From assembly GCF_964355755.1 (NCBI RefSeq), contig NC_092675.1, positions 24,152,912 to 24,216,911 of the forward strand: a stretch of 64,000 nucleotides of DNA, given 5' to 3'. Shown one piece after another: positions 1-64,000 of this stretch. Origin of the DNA: Antedon mediterranea. Its lineage: Eukaryota > Animalia > Echinodermata. Position 1 is the first letter of the stretch. Every line of letters begins with the position of its first letter. The notes below the pieces were generated by a model. That model was given only the letters and a program-made list of their open reading frames with translations, had not been told where the DNA came from and made no database searches. The translations under genes and the position numbers were made by a program.

Positions 1-1260
1 ATTTCAATTCAATTCAATTCACATTTATTTACTCATCGTTTATAAATACAGTTTCATAGCATAAATGATGGCAAGGATCCTGCATAGAGAAGTTTACACT
101 TCTGTTTTCGCAGGACCCTTTTACATAAAAGACATAAAACAATAAACACAACATAATAGATACAAAATAAAAAAAAAACATTCCTATATACATTTTAGAG
201 TTGTTCATCATCAAAAAGCGATACTGTTTTTTTAACATGATTATTTGTACTATGTGTGTATACTCGCACACACCAACACAAATGCATAATATATGCATCT
301 ATATTTTATGAGTAAAGCATTTTAAGTTCTGTAATTCGATAAAATGTCTCTTTTTACATATTTTTTTAGTATTTTATAATTTTTGTTAACAATATCTAAG
401 TGATTTCTACAGAGCTCGTTCCATAGTTTCGGTCCGTGAATACTGATAAAATGTTGACCAGACGTTAACCTAGAGTATGGTTGTTTTACGCTACAAATAT
501 TTCGAAGATTATGGGTAGTATTTTCGTTTCTTTTGAATATCATTTGGATTCGTCTGGGTAAAACATTGCTTTTAATCTGGGCCATGAAACCTAGGACGGT
601 AACTCTGTTGATATCTTGTATGTTAAGAATATTTAATTGCTTAAACAGTGGCTCAGAATGTTGCCATGGCTTTTTAAATAAAATTATTCTAGCAGCCTTT
701 TTCTGGAGTTTAAGAAGGGATTCTAGTGTACTATCATATGTACTGCCCCAAATAATGTTTCCATACTGAAGGTGCGGTAGAATTAATGTATTATACAAAT
801 TTGTTAAAATATAATTAGGAAAAAAATGTCTAGTTTTTATCAATATTCCAATAGACCTAGCGGTTTTTTTGCTAATAAGCCTTATATGATTTTTCCAGCA
901 AAGGTTCTCATTTATTACAACCCCAAGAAATGTTACATTTTTTTGTTGTTCTAAAGTAATGTTATTCATTTTCAATTCAATGTTGGTTGTAATAATACGC
1001 CTTTGGGCAGTTTTAAAGATTACGTAATTTGTTTTGCTGGTGTTTAATAAAAGTTTATTAGCTTTGAACCACATATTAATTCTATCTAGTTCCACATTCA
1101 TAGTGTTTGCCAATGCGTTCAGGTTATTTCCACACTTGAATCCTGTTGTATCATCGGCAAAGCTAATTAATTCAATTTGTGTACTTGAGTTACATATATC
1201 GTTTACATATACAAGAAACAACAAAGGTCCCAAAACGGACCCTTGTGGAACACCAATACT
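1..1260 (-). mobile_element. 5'-truncated non-LTR retrotransposon (CR1/L2 group), RT C-terminal part plus 3' UTR
   Basis: ORF 322-1233 and its upstream extension have GVPQGSVLGPLLFLVYVND and FADDT RT motifs. The minus-strand 3' end is AATAAA followed by a (GAATT)n microsatellite tail at 1-30. Intronic. Confidence 0.92.
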
Positions 1261-1430
1261 AGTCTAGTCTGGTAATTAAAACCAAGTTGGAGACAAGTAT
1301 TCGTGAGCCTACTCATGAATATGTAGAATAATGATTGTTATAATAGGACAAATATCCTATAATATATATTTAATTAACTAACGTCTGAATGCTCAAATTA
1401 CAAACTTTGTTTTAAAATTGGTACACTTAC

Positions 1431-63849
<62,419 letters not shown>

Positions 63850-64000
63850 CTTTAAAATGCAATATTAAATAATATCAAATTTACACTAAGGCACAATAAT
63901 ATATTATTTTTGTTGTTTAAATACAGCAATATCAACATTGTTAGAATTAATAGACTTTAACAAAAGGTAAAAGGAATGTAGTGATAAATGCAACCCTGAT

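Overview
Eukaryotic (metazoan), AT-rich genomic DNA with GT-AG introns. The HYR/EGF/LDLa/NIDO-AMOP-VWD content suggests a marine invertebrate deuterostome such as an echinoderm (inference only). The whole window reads as the interior of one minus-strand gene. I reconstructed about 101 exons by hand (63849 down to 1431). All have canonical AG/GT ends and compatible phases, with no start or stop codon, giving about 6,800 aa in this window alone. Order N to C: at least 5 tandem modules (about 5.2 kb of DNA, 472 aa) of [Ser/Tyr linker-LDLa-CUB-LDLa-trypsin protease with intact triad]; (SSSSDY)n exons of 137 and 545 codons with CUB and LDLa; a CILP/FAM171-like region; six tandem Cys-rich exon repeats; 4 HYR; 2 LDLa; 2 sushi; 2 EGF; NIDO-AMOP-VWD (GDPH); about 20 EGF; SEA; a TTAPDEVK mucin repeat; and a second SEA. 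This would be a candidate giant polyprotease-phosphoserine-MUC4-like mosaic protein. Introns hold two CR1/L2-type LINE fragments, a Tx1/L1 insertion, three copies of a non-autonomous Helitron, an Academ-like TIR element (with empty, filled and footprint states in different modules), a Helentron-associated element, and a tRNA-containing nested inverted-repeat element. Exon boundaries were read by eye, and single-transcript status is not proven without RNA data.
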